Shown: piece by piece, positions 11,331-23,448 of the stretch
How the letters are laid out: every line of letters begins with the position of its first letter
Numbering within the stretch: the stretch's first letter is position 1
Source of the DNA: Octopus bimaculoides
Lineage: Eukaryota
Direction of reading: 5' to 3'
Assembly (NCBI RefSeq): GCF_001194135.2
Contig: NC_068985.1
Span: forward strand, 95,799,341 to 95,863,340
DNA: 64,000 bases
The notes under the pieces: generated by a model
Seen by the model: only the letters and a program-made list of their open reading frames with translations
The model's database searches: none
What the model was told of the DNA's origin: nothing
Translations under genes and position numbers: made by a program

Positions 11331-11544
11331 GGCATGTATATGAATATACATATGTATGTATATACGTATGTAGTTTATAGATTAGAGACAGTTATTCGTA
11401 GTGCTCAAGAGATTTGAACTTGGGCAGGTAGAGGAGTAAATGCAAGGACAAGCAAGTTAGACAAATCAATAAACAAAAAAAATATGTATGCATATAAAAC
11501 AGTTCGACTTAGAATATAAATTGATATCAGAAATCAAAGGGGAT

Positions 11545-11652
11545 TGGTAAAAATTTTACGAGGCCAGCTGTTTCTGGGGGCTTGGTGGTTCAAAATAATG
11601 GTTGTAACTAGATTCCATCGTTGGATAACACCAGCTTCCTTCTTCAGGAAAG
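11545..11652 (-). mobile_element. Degenerate Penelope-like terminal repeat with a damaged hammerhead
   Basis: Minus strand CTGAAGA (11647-11641)...GAAACAGCTG followed by GC instead of UH, with a ttttacc tail. Confidence 0.5.
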
Positions 11653-11827
11653 AATTTTACATTTGAGGTGTTGAAAGAATGGAGTTTAAAAATGGAATAC
11701 GTATGTATGTATGTATGTATGTATAATGAAAAATGCTTAAGAGTAAGACAAGCACACAACACATTTAGGTGGGTGTATGTGTGTACATAAACAGATGACT
11801 GAAGGATAGAATATAAGATATACTTAC

Positions 11828-11971
11828 AGCAGAAGTTCATGAGTCCACTGGCAACTCGGTGTAAGCTACAGCTCTTGCAGAAGCAGCAGAGGGAACTGAG
11901 TGCTATGATCAGAGCCAAGAGACTGAGGAATGCTCCAAGAGCCATCAATGCTTGAACAGCCTTGAACCAAA
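11828..11971 (-). CDS. Penultimate coding exon of the same PMP22/claudin-like gene (TM2 and TM3 start)
   Basis: Acceptor ttttcctttctcttttcag|TT and donor T|gtaagta. 144 nt, phase 1 to phase 1. Reads WFKAVQALMALGAFLSLLALIIALSSLCCFCKSCSLHRVASGLMNFC with the W.+AVQA.M motif. Splices in frame to 10245. Confidence 0.88.
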
Positions 11972-12044
11972 CTGAAAAGAGAAAGGAAAATATATATATA
12001 TATTACACAGATTAAAAATGATATCAGCAATTAAAGAGGTTCAG

Positions 12045-12117
12045 TAAAAGTTTTATGAGACCAACAGCTGTTTCTGGGTGCTTGGTGGTCCAAAATAATT
12101 ATTGTAACTTGATTCCA
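12045..12117 (-). mobile_element. Second copy of the same Penelope-like repeat, truncated by a SINE
   Basis: cagctgtttctgggtgcttggtggtccaaaataattattgtaacttgattcca closely matches 11565-11617. Confidence 0.55.
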
Positions 12118-12210
12118 GGCACAGGAGTGGCTTACCAACCACATGGTTTTTGGTTGAGTCTCACTGCGTGGCAGCTTGGACAAGTGTCTTTGTTAAAGGG
12201 AAGCCCATCG

Positions 12211-12249
<39 letters not shown>

Positions 12250-12397
12250 GCTCACCATCGCCTGACAACCAATTTTGGTGTGTTTATGTCCCCTGTAACT
12301 TATCAGTTTGGCAAAAGAGACCGACTTACTAAGCTTTAATAAGTTCTGGGGTTGATTTGTTCAAATAAAGGTGGTGCTCCAGCATGGCCACAGTCAA
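12118..12397 (+). mobile_element. SINE family 1 copy, followed by a family 2 copy at about 12398-12550 (minus)
   Basis: ggcacaggagtggcttaccaaccacatgg...ggtggtgctccagcatggccacagtcaaat, then the family 2 core. Confidence 0.8.
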
Positions 12398-13112
12398 ATT
12401 TATCGACTCTGAAAAGATGAAAGGCAAAGTCGACCTCGGTGGAATTTGAACTCAGAACATGATGGATGAAATACCACTAAGCATTCCGCCCAGCATACTA
12501 ACAATTCTGCCAGCTTGCTTTGGCACAAAGCCACCAATTTCAGGGGAGGGGCCAATAATAATAATAATAATGAAATGATATTGTATACAGTGCTTTGGGG
12601 CATGAAAACTATTTTCTCAATCAGAATAGACCTGGGGTTCACCACCACCAACAACAACAAAAGAAAAAAAGAAAACACAAGCTAATATTCAGATATAATT
12701 CTTTCAGATTGTTTTGTAATCATTTAAGCTAATGACAGGAAACTGATATCAGATCAGTGCTAAAATAAGAAAGAAGTATGTGTTAGAATGTGAGAACAGA
12801 AGGCAGAGAGAAAGAGAGAATAAATAATAATAATAATAAAAGGTGGTTGAATACCTCTTCAACAGTTTGGAATATAAACAAATAAATACCACAACCAAGG
12901 GGGTATGACGATGGTGGGGGCAGGATATGACAGCCACTAAACTCATTGCAACAATATCTTGCCAAATGCAAACATCCATCAAATATAGTTTCATAATAGC
13001 AACAGTTTGCCTCCCATCATCACCATGGCAACAGTTTGTCTGCCACTATGACATAACAACAGAGATCACACCCATCATTATGAGAATATCTCAGCTATTT
13101 CATATTTAAATA

Positions 13113-13420
13113 GCACAGCCTCGAGGCCCGACTAAAGACTAGTGAGTGGATTTGGTAGATGGAAACTGAAAGAAGCGCATCACACACACACACATACACA
13201 CCTGGGTGTCTTTTTGCCTGTGTTTGTCCCCCACCATCATTGAGCAATTAGTATTGGTGTATTTACACCCCTGTAAGCTAGCAGTCCAGCAAAAGAGACC
13301 AATAAAATAAGTACTAGGATTATAAGCAAAAAGAGTTGTGGGGTCAATACATTTGACTAAAAATGCTTCGAGGCAGTGCCCCAGCATGGCCAAAGGCTAA
13401 TGACTGAAACAAGTAAGAAA
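13113..13420 (+). mobile_element. SINE family 1 copy, 5'-truncated
   Basis: gtgagtggatttggtagatggaaactgaaagaag...ggcagtgccccagcatggcc...tgactgaaacaagtaag. Confidence 0.8.
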
Positions 13421-13917
13421 AAAAAAAGATACTGTTTGAATAAAATGGTCGACTAAAACACGCAATCATGACTGACAGATTTAAAAAGAAAAAAAAAAAA
13501 CTTTCTACAGAGAATAACCATCTAATTACACAGACTTGATAAATTTTAATTTCCAGAGCTTAATGAACAAAAACCATGAGAATATATTTAGAGAGTAAGC
13601 TGAAAATCTTGTCTCCTACTACAGCTGCAGTTTACTTATCAAGAAAAATATACATATTTGTACTCCACCCTCCTTATGTATGGACAAAGGCCAACTAAAA
13701 CAACGCAAAGAATTTAAACGGGAATAAATTCTGCAGAACACCTCTGTGCAGAAAAACATCTTTGTTCAGTGTGACCCAAGATGCATCTTTGATTACCATG
13801 AGTCAGTTATTAGAATGCTAGAGAGAATTAATATCATGGAGCATTCTCACAGTGTTCCAAGTTCAAATCTCACTGGGGTCAACTTTTAAGGTTGGGGGGG
13901 GAAGAGTTCCAATCTTA

Positions 13918-14185
13918 GGTGCAGGAGTGAGTGTAAAATAAGAAGTTTGCTACCCAACCACATGGTTCAGAGTTCAGTCTCACTGTAGCATTTTAAGCAA
14001 GTGTCTTCTACTATGGCCTCGGGGCTGACCAAAGCCTTGTGAATGGATTTGGTAGACAGAAACTGAAAGAAGCCTGTTGTATATATATATATATATATAT
14101 ATCTATGCATGTCTTTGTGTCTGTGTTCGTCCACCGCCACTGTTTGACAACTAGGTGTTGGTTTGCTTGTGTCTCTATAACTCAG
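13918..14185 (+). mobile_element. SINE family 1 copy, 3'-truncated
   Basis: ggtgcaggagtg...ccaaccacatggttcagagttcagtctcactg...gcaagtgtcttctactatggcctcgggg. Confidence 0.8.
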
Positions 14186-14214
14186 TAGTACATACAAAGA
14201 TTCACCATATACAT

Positions 14215-14535
14215 ATAATTTCTCCCATCACGAATGACCATGGGATTGCACCTAGTTCCTGTCCGAAACACAAGTCCAGGCAAGGTTGTTTTACGGAAGA
14301 CCAGGAGTCGCCCATGCATACCAGCCTCCCCTCTCCACGCCACCTATGTTATCCAAGGGAAGAGACAAATGCCGTTACAGCTTGGCACCAGAGACATCGC
14401 AGTTCATTCCTATAGCTGAATGAATTTAAGCAATGTGAATAAAGCATCTTGCTGAAGAACACAACAAATAGATTGGTCCAGGAATTGAACTCACTACCTC
14501 ATGATTGTGATCCCGACACTCTAACCAGTGTCATG
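14215..14535 (-). mobile_element. tRNA-derived SINE with a family 4-type head
   Basis: Minus-strand head ggttagagtgtcgggatcacaatcatgaggtagtgagttcaattcc (B box) resembles the heads at 15430 and 32385. Confidence 0.6.
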
Positions 14536-14539
14536 CAAC

Positions 14540-14583
<44 letters not shown>

Positions 14584-15429
14584 NNNNNNNNNNNNNNNNN
14601 NNNNNNNNNNNNNNNNNNNNNNNNNNNNNNNNNNNNNNNNNNNNNNNNNNNNNNNNNNNNNNNNNNNNNNNNNNNNNNNNNNNNNNNNNNNNNNNNNNNN
14701 NNNNNNNNNNNNNNNNNNNNNNNNNNNNNNNNNNNNNNNNNNNNNNNNNNNNNNNNNNNNNNNNNNNNNNNNNNNNNTGGCTCAAGGCTATAGAAGGTGC
14801 CACGTTGTGAAACTGAACCAAGAACCATATGGTTAAGAAGCAAACTTCTTACCACACAGCCACATCTGTGCCTCTAGCTTAATGTGATTATTTGAAAAGA
14901 AAATGATGACAGTGATTCGAATGTATGTTATGAGAGTAAAACTGAAAAGCCATGTTCAGTAGGTTGTGTCAAATAGAACCTATGAACACAACCTAGTCAG
15001 AAATTGTATCACACATTTTACAAAAAAAAGGGGGGGGGGCAATCTAAAAGCATTGTTGCAGCCTCTTTTTTTTTTTCTTTTAACAAGAATTTTTGTTTTT
15101 TTTTTTCTTTTTCATAAAATGAAATAAGTCAATAGTAATTCTGAAAACCACTTTTCACTAACGACTTTATGGTTGTCAAGAGAAATCAATAATTGCGATT
15201 GACAAAAATAATAACATAAAAATAATTCAATCTCAGATGAATGGGCAAGGGGCAGGCGGGAGATTTTAGAAAAATCAATAAATCTGTGAAATACTTACTC
15301 GTATCAATTTGAATAAATACTAATGTGACACACAAACTTATATATGTGCAGTGACACCAGCATATGTTAGACACACCCATCTGTGCATGCCCCCACTGCA
15401 TGCTATGGACTCCCTCCCCTTCCATATGT

Positions 15430-16083
15430 GGACACCACATGGCTTAGTAGTTAGCATATTTGGTTCACAATCATAGGGTCACGAGTTCAATTCCAGGTGG
15501 CATGTGACCTTGAGAAAGATATTTAATATCATGTTGCTCCAATCCAGTCATTGGGTACAAACGAGTAGCAACTGTATTTCAAAGGGCCAATATACCCATC
15601 ATGACTACTCTGTTAAGGGTACACCAGGCATATGAATCACAACCATATGTACGCAACATGGTGATCTCATATCAAGATAAACAGTGCATGACCTTGGAGG
15701 TGGGTCCTAGTTAGAATTTTCTTCAGGTCGAGTAACCCATCCCAATCAAAAAAGATCCCTGAATAAGGGTTACCTAAGGATGTTGGACAAAACGTCCACG
15801 TTTCCAGAGGTGAATTATCCAAACTCCAAAGAATTCCTTTCAACACATGTCTATGATGCTCCCCCACTACTTCTGCTCGTGATCAGAGATGCACATATCA
15901 GCCACCAAGGGACATGCTCAACTGGTTAAGGTCAAACAACTGACAAGCAAATCTGGGGTATTGAGCAGAATATTTGCTGTAGGCCATCTTTTATACCAAG
16001 ACAAAACAACGTACATGATAACACTTCCAATCAATTAAGATCAGAAGCCATGAAAGCCACTGCCTGGTACTGCACCAGGGCAT
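15430..16083. mobile_element. Family 4 SINE head (+, about 15430-15620) abutting a longer interspersed repeat (about 15640-16083)
   Basis: catggcttagtagttagcatatttggttcacaatcatagggtcacgagttcaattcc...gttgctccaatccagtc matches 32385-32530. The adjoining GC-richer block looks like a retroposon 5' region and is unclassified. Confidence 0.5.
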
Positions 16084-16089
16084 AGCAAA

Positions 16090-16125
<36 letters not shown>

Positions 16126-16764
16126 GGCAACCTTCAAGACATTATTATTTTGTTTTTAAATTATTATTAATATTATTATTTAGAAGCCTTCAAATTGTTT
16201 TGTAATTACCAAATACCTTAATTAACCCTTTCTCTTGAGGGCCAAACTATACCCACTTTTATTCAGTGAACACACTGGATTGTTTGTTGAGAAATGTCTA
16301 GTTGCAGACTATATAAAAAAAAAACTCACACAGGGTCACATTGACATAGTACAAAGAAATTATTTGTTTTGTTGCATCGAAAACATACAGTAACCATGTA
16401 ACGAAGAAAATGAAGAGATCTGAAAACATAAATCAAATCAGATGTAGTTTCTAATTAGTTAACGAGGAAAATATAACAGACTAATATAAATTAATTGGCT
16501 TCAATTTTATTAATTTTTGCTTCTTTCTAGCTGTGTCTTGAAGAGAGGACAGTGCCAATGGTCCTCGCAGACCTTTCAAGATCAGTGGACTCAACCATCC
16601 AGTTTTTCTGCCCATTATTCCTAGAAATGGACATAGGACCTCATGGAGCGGGTAGACACCTCCTATCAGGAGCAATCGTCATGCTTTCCGATTGGATTTC
16701 GTTGTCTGCCTTTCATATCATACTGTCATAAAAAAGGATTGATTCATTTTATGTTACATCCGAA

Positions 16765-17549
16765 NNNNNNNNNNNNNNNNNNNNNNNNNNNNNNNNNNNN
16801 NNNNNNNNNNNNNNNNNNNNNNNNNNNNNNNNNNNNNNNNNNNNNNNNNNNNNNNNNNNNNNNNNNNNNNNNNNNNNNNNNNNNNNNNNNNNNNNNNNNN
16901 NNNNNNNNNNNNNNNNNNNNNNNNNNNNNNNNNNNNNNNNNNNNNNNNNNNNNNNNNNNNNNNNNNNNNNNNNNNNNNNNNNNNNNNNNNNNNNNNNNNN
17001 NNNNNNNNNNNNNNNNNNNNNNNNNNNNNNNNNNNNNNNNNNNNNNNNNNNNNNNNNNNNNNNNNNNNNNNNNNNNNNNNNNNNNNNNNNNNNNNNNNNN
17101 NNNNNNNNNNNNNNNNNNNNNNNNNNNNNNNNNNNNNNNNNNNNNNNNNNNNNNNNNNNNNNNNNNNNNNNNNNNNNNNNNNNNNNNNNNNNNNNNNNNN
17201 NNNNNNNNNNNNNNNNNNNNNNNNNNNNNNNNNNNNNNNNNNNNNNNNNNNNNNNNNNNNNNNNNNNNNNNNNNNNNNNNNNNNNNNNNNNNNNNNNNNN
17301 NNNNNNNNNNNNNNNNNNNNNNNNNNNNNNNNNNNNNNNNNNNNNNNNNNNNNNNNNNNNNNNNNNNNNNNNNNNNNNNNNNNNNNNNNNNNNNNNNNNN
17401 NNNNNNNNNNNNNNNNNNNNNNNNNNNNNNNNNNNNNNNNNNNNNNNNNNNNNNNNNNNNNNNNNNNNNNNNNNNNNNNNNNNNNNNNNNNNNNNNNNNN
17501 NNNNNNNNNNNNNNNNNNNNNNNNNNNNNNNNNNNNNNNNNNNNNNNNN
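16765..17549. other. Assembly gap (785 N). Other gaps: 3959-4118, 6822-6831, 8773-8882, 14584-14777, 24061-24070, 41683-42318, 60359-60780, 63345-63354
   Basis: Runs of N. Confidence 0.99.
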
Positions 17550-17659
17550 AAGCTACGGGTGCCTGAACAACTTTAAATAATAATAAAAGAAAGAATTTTT
17601 CAGACTATTAATATCTTTAGAGTTAAAACTTTTTTTTTTTCTTTTCACAATCTTTACAT

Positions 17660-18245
17660 CTAATAGGTGTAGGTGTGATTATCAAGCTTTCATCCTAACC
17701 ACATGGTTCTGGGTTCAGTGCTACTCTGTGGCACTTTGGACAAATCTGTCTCTTTTACTTTAGTCATGGGCAAACCAAAGGAGAGTGGATTTGGTAGATG
17801 AAAACTGAAAAAAGTCTGTTGCATAACATTGTCATTTAACATCCGTTTTCCACACTGGTAAGGGTTGGACAGAAGCTGGCAAGGCCAGGAGCCACACCAA
17901 GTTTCATAGTCTGTTTTGGCAGGATTTCTACAGCTGGATGCCCTTCCTAATCCCATCCACTATACAGAGTGTACTGGGTGCTTTTTATATGGCTCCAGCA
18001 CTGTGTGTGTGTGTTGACATTGTTAAGTAGCTGAAAATGAGTATCACTGCCATACAAGCAGTTCCTTTCAGTTCCAATTATCTGCAAAAGCATGTCTGGC
18101 CATGGGGAAATATTACTTTGCTTTTGCAAAGCAGGTGAGGGTTGGTAACAGGAAAGGCATCAGTTCATTGAAAATCTGCTTCAATAAATCTGTCCGACTT
18201 AGACAAGCATGGAAAAGCAGACGTTAGAATGATGACGACGATGAC
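17660..18245. mobile_element. Cluster of a SINE 1 head (+), a family 3 fragment (-) and a family 5 fragment (+)
   Basis: cctaaccacatggttctgggttcagt; ggatttctacagctggatgcccttcctaa; catggggaaatattac...ggtgagggttggtaacaggaaaggcatc...gcatggaaaagcagacgttagaatgatgacgacg. Confidence 0.65.
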
Positions 18246-19239
18246 GGCTTCTTTCTGACTGGAGATCAAACTGATTAAAATGAAATGTCGAAGTAAATGT
18301 TGTAAAGATGTTTATGTAAAAATGTTTATCTCTCAAGATGGAGGTTAACGATCTGAACAATTATAATCTTAATAATAGCCTTTCACACACTTTAGACAAT
18401 ATAAGAAATATATCACTGGTTTCATTTAGAAGCAATTCTCTGACAACCATATTTCTTATGAAATACTCTGTGATTAAATTAATTTTGAAAATAATCAATA
18501 AATTCGGAGGAAATTAGTAAATGTAAATGACTAGAAGATGTAAATGAATAACTCGTTGAATATAAAGATGGTGTTTGGAACATAGCTTAAGAGATTATTA
18601 CATAAAATTATAATGGGAGATTTTGTATTCAAATATGAATATTTTAAAATGGGAAATTTTGTATCACAGAAACAGAGACAGTCTCAGATGAGTTGGTTAT
18701 CAAAAGAGGTAAATAGCAGAAAAACAAAAAAAAAATAAAACAGTATTTTAAATCATCTTTTGTAAAGTGGTTTTACTTTTACTAGGAAATATTGAATTTA
18801 TAAAATATTATTAGATGGATTATATATTCATATATTTTTTTATTTTCTTGTGAAAAAAAGAAGTCTTTAATTTTCAGGAAATTTAACGATAATATCAATA
18901 TGTTAGAATATAAGCTAGAGTAATCACATCCTCCAAAGGGCTTTTCGTTCACCAATAAAGTGTGCATTGACGCAGAGTATTCTGTGTTTCCTCACCAAAC
19001 ACTACTACAACAGCCAATGCTCTTCCAGACTAGTTTGCTACTAACTCTCTCTCTCTCTCTCTCTCTGTCCAAAGCCATCTGTCTCCCATCATTTTTACTC
19101 CGTTTGCTATACTCCTCAGATAACCTCCTGATCTTCCTTTGCAAGACTGCTCCCCCATCACACAAATCAACAAATATTCAAGCTGAACATTAACCTAATC
19201 AATAAATGTTATATTTGAGAGAGTAATCTGAATGCGAAA

Positions 19240-19660
19240 ACGTTTAAGGCCCCACATTTCCATGCTTGCATGGGTCAGGTGGAATTTGTTGGGGCAGATT
19301 TTCCACAACCAGATGCCCTTCCTGTTGCCAATTCTCACCTGTTTCCAAGTAAAGTGTTACTCCCCTCCCCCCAATGGCCTGACAGATTTTCCACAAAAGA
19401 CTGGAAATGAACAACACTGCTTGTACACAGGTGGTATTTGTTTACAACCACCACCACATGATGTCAACAACAAAGGTGCGTGTACACACACAAACACACA
19501 CACAATGGGCATCTTTCAGTGTCTGTCTATTAAACCCACAAGGCTTTGCTAGGCTTGGGTCGAAAGAAAGACACTTGTCCAAGGTACCATGCAGTGGGAC
19601 TGAACCCGAGACCATACAATTGGGAAGCAAGCTTCTCACTGTTGAAAAGCAAGCCTGCAC
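19240..19660 (-). mobile_element. Family 5 retroposon fused to a SINE 1 head. Related copies at about 20610-20830, 24160-24520, 26085-26495, 29960-30270 and 62950-63160
   Basis: tttccatgcttgcatgggtcag..ggaatttgttg..gcagattt..cctgttgccaa..ctcacctgtttccaagtaa recurs at each listed site. Confidence 0.7.
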
Positions 19661-20904
19661 CTTATATAATATAAACAACACACCTATCCACAAATGTCAT
19701 TGTCCATTTTTTTTGTTTTCATTAGGGACCCCCCACCCCTGTTCTGTCCCCACCACTTCACATAACATGACATTATATAAGTCATTAATCATCATCTCCA
19801 CGACTATATTTACTATATAATTGCCCCATTGTCTCCAAACCCCATCTCACATTCACACAGCATTACATCGCACGACATTCCAGCCCTAAATAATATCTAA
19901 GTCACCTTATTAAGTCCACTGAAGTTTCCCCACCCATTAAACAACCTAATTGTCTACATATACGATTCAGCCTAATCTGCCCCCACCACTCCTCTCTCTC
20001 TCTCCCACACATACCACCCTTATTAAGCTATATCTGTTGAACTGTCCACTCTCCTGAACTGTGTGGTGCAGATATTTTTCTGTATAAAACACACACCCAC
20101 TGGGTGATATTAAAGACACATAAACATGCGTACCAGCAGATGTCTCGACATTTTCAAGTGGAGTACAGGAAGAGAAATGAAAATAGTAATCACTGGAAGG
20201 ATTCCAAAGTAATTTAGACTGAAGCAATTAATGTCCTGGTATTTACTGTTTCTACCGATGAGTCACACATCTGTCTTCTGGCAGCCACTACTTAGAAAGG
20301 GATGACATCAATAATGGTAATATCCACATGCATATAATGCCAAGTTCCAGAAATCTCAACCAAAATATTTATACAGAAATAGCATCCAAGAAAATAGGTG
20401 TTAAATAAAACAAAGAAAAACTACATTTTATCAACAATGAGTGTAGGTTTGTGGCATAATTGTGGTTTGAAGTTTGGTCCTACTTCACAGAACGTTGGCT
20501 CAATGTTTTCTGCGATTATCTTGGGTTGTCTGCTGCTATGACCATCACCATTGCTACCACCACGATCCTCATCATCATCAGCTGCCGTTTTCTTCTTCGG
20601 ATTCAGTTTCTCATGCTTGCTTCAGCCAGATGGAGTTCATTGACACAGATTTTCTACAGCTGGATGCCCTTCCTATCACCAACCCTCGCCTGTTTCCAAA
20701 CAAGATGATACTTTCCTATTGATGAACATGTTTACACAGAAGACTGGACACAAAGGACACCACTTGTATGACAGGGACACTCGTTTACAGCTATTTAACA
20801 AGAGAAAGGAAGACACACACACACATAATGGTTCGTTCTCATTTACCAAATCTCCCAGACCGGGCAGAGTAATTACTGGCATTTCTTCTGACCCTCTATA
20901 TCTG

Positions 20905-21060
20905 GGTAAAAAATCCCAAGTTCAAAGTTACTAAGGTTGACTTTGCCTTTCCTCCTTTCCAGTTGTGTACTGGAATTGATGTAATCAACTTCTCCTCCCA
21001 CCCGCCTCCCCTCAAAATTACTGGCCTTGTGCCAAAATTAGAAAGGATTATTTTTATTAT
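20905..21060 (+). mobile_element. SINE family 2 fragment, sense orientation
   Basis: gttcaaa...ggttgactttgcctttc...ggccttgtgccaaaattagaaaggattatt. Confidence 0.65.
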
Positions 21061-22039
21061 AATTTAAAAGTCTTATTCTGTGAGAAAAAATGAGATAGAA
21101 GATAACAGAAGATAAATATCATTGCCAAGGCAGAGCCAACTTGGAATCTATCATCCAACAAGTTTGGATGTAATAAACCAATGGAAATAGCATCATCAGA
21201 ATGTCAAGTTTGAAGCAACCAACATAACACTACTTGCCACTACAAGACTGCACTGCAGCAAAAGAATTCAGGAAGGATGCAGACAAGTTGGTCAATAAAT
21301 CACTCTGCCAGTATCGATTGTCTTGTATTAATGGTCTTCGCACAATATTTTTTCTTTGAAAGCTGAACATTGTTTTTATTTGTTTATATTTCTCATCGTT
21401 CATAGATTTAATAATTTCAGTTTGGAAATATAATTCAACCATAATAGACTTTAAAAACTGTAAAGTCTGGCAGCAATACAACACAGCAATTCTGCTATGT
21501 AGACCGATTTTGGGAAGAAGACTTTGAATCTCTGGTGTCTTAAGATTTGATTTAGAATGAATTTCATAAAAATTTATTGATCTGTGTTTGCAAGAATTTG
21601 CAGAAGTTGCAACAGACTGGAATTAGTTACTAAAACTTTGTAACCTCATATCTGATTTTGCAGTTTATCAAGTTTCATGGTAGCTACCAACCTAAACAAA
21701 CATATCTAGAATTGCATAAATAATTTTGTAGTTGATCAAAGTGTTAGAACTGCTGAGAGAGAAGCCTTTGTAATTTTAACAATTGATTTGGTTTTTCTAT
21801 TCAACAGCTTCCGTTCTTTGCTAACACCAAAATGCCACCCACTCCTTACATACACAATGAAATATTCCAGCATATAGAATACAGCACATTTCTTGGCAAA
21901 ACTGAAATTTGGATACATTGATAGATTATGCCTTTTCGCATATCATTTCCACTGCTAGCACCATATGTGTATATTTGTGTTTTTAGATCAAGTTTTATTT
22001 ATATATATATATATATATATATTTTATTTTAATCTTTTG

Positions 22040-22390
22040 CGTGTTTCAATCATTAGAGTACAGCCACACAAAAGCATCACCTTGAAAAATTTTAGTTGAA
22101 TGAATCAACCTCAGGACTCATTTTTGTAAGCCTGGTACTTATTCCATCGGTCTCTTTTGCTGGACTGCTAAGTTACAGAGATGTAAACACACCAACATCA
22201 GCTGTCAACCGATACATTATACACATATACATAGCTAAGATAAGCTTCTTTCAGTTTCCATCCACCAAATCCACTCTAACAAGGTTTTGGTTGGCCTGAG
22301 GCTGTAGAAGACACCTGCCTAAGGTGTCACACAGTGGGAGTGAACCCAAAACCATATGGCTAGGAAGCAAACTTCTTCCCACACAGCCAG
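22040..22390 (-). mobile_element. SINE family 1 copy
   Basis: Tail, body and head motifs all present in reverse orientation. Confidence 0.8.
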
Positions 22391-22972
22391 GTCTTTAACA
22401 TTAAGCTGAAGAATTACTCAATACTTTTTAGTAGAGTCCATGTTTATTAAATTTTAGCAGGCAGAGGAATGATAGCGACTTTGAAGTTTTCAGCCTTCTA
22501 GTCTTTGCTTTAAACTATATATCAGAAAACTATGAAATATTCTTCCTACATTCCATATGTTTGGAATCAAATTTCCTTAATGATGCTTTTGTCATCAGTA
22601 TGGTATTAAACAAAGAAATTTTAATGTACCATCTGTGAATTATGAATCATTCAACAGGTTGCAGAATCGATTATTATTCAAAAAAAATTCTAAAAACTGC
22701 AAAATTTTTGTTCTTAAAACTTTGCATTAGCACTGTACAAATACAATGTCAAATGGAGCCATTTAGGTTTTTGCAATAATAAAAGAATGATAATAATGAT
22801 GATGATGATATTTTAATGCAGAGAGCATTAAAAATAACTTAATTATGTTTATTTAACCAACTTCTGTCATACCTGGCATTCAAATTCCATATTAACACAA
22901 ATAAAACTTTATTGTTTCAGCCAATGCAAATAATACTAAACACTTTCTCAATCTATAAATTCCTAAACCAGT

Positions 22973-23448
22973 CTATCAAATCAATATTCTTTTCTACTCT
23001 AAGCACAAAGCCCAAGACATTTGGGGAGGGAGCCAGTTGATTAGATCGACCCCAATACACAACTGATACTTAATTTATCGACCCCAAAAGGATGAGAGGC
23101 AAAGTCGACCTTGACGGAATTTGAACTCAGAACATAAAGACAGAAGAAATACCGCTAAGCACTTTGCCCAGTGTGCCAATGTTTCTACTAGCTCGCCACT
23201 TTCTATCAAATTAATATTCTTTTCTACTCTAGGCACAAGGCTTGAAATTTTTGAGAAGGAGGCCAGTCAATTAGATCGACCTCAGTACACAACTGGTACT
23301 TAATTTATCAACCCCGAAAGGATGAAAGGCAAAGTCGACCTCGGCAGAATTTGAACTCAGAACATAAAGACAGACGAAATACCGCTAAGCATTTCACCCA
23401 GCATGCTAACAATTCTGCCAGCTCGCCACCTTCTATGAAATTAATATT
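22973..23448 (-). mobile_element. Tandem dimer of SINE family 2 with a 230-bp period
   Basis: Two near full-length copies bounded by three copies of ctat(c/g)aaat(c/t)aatatt at 22973, 23203 and 23433. Confidence 0.85.

Noticed and set aside
15299-15440. Minus-strand phase-1 donor (CGA|gtaagt) as the missing claudin ECL1 exon
   Set aside because: The frame (..ICWCHCTYISLCVTLVFIQIDT) lacks the W..GLW..C signature and has no convincing acceptor.
16531-16730. Plus-strand acceptor followed by a ~66-codon open frame next to a gap
   Set aside because: No recognisable motif and no partner exons; open frames of this size occur by chance in locally GC-richer DNA.
20437-20541. Plus-strand MSVGLWHNC..., resembling the claudin GLWxxC motif
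   Set aside because: Wrong strand for the claudin-like gene, short (34 codons), and no TM1 or splice support.
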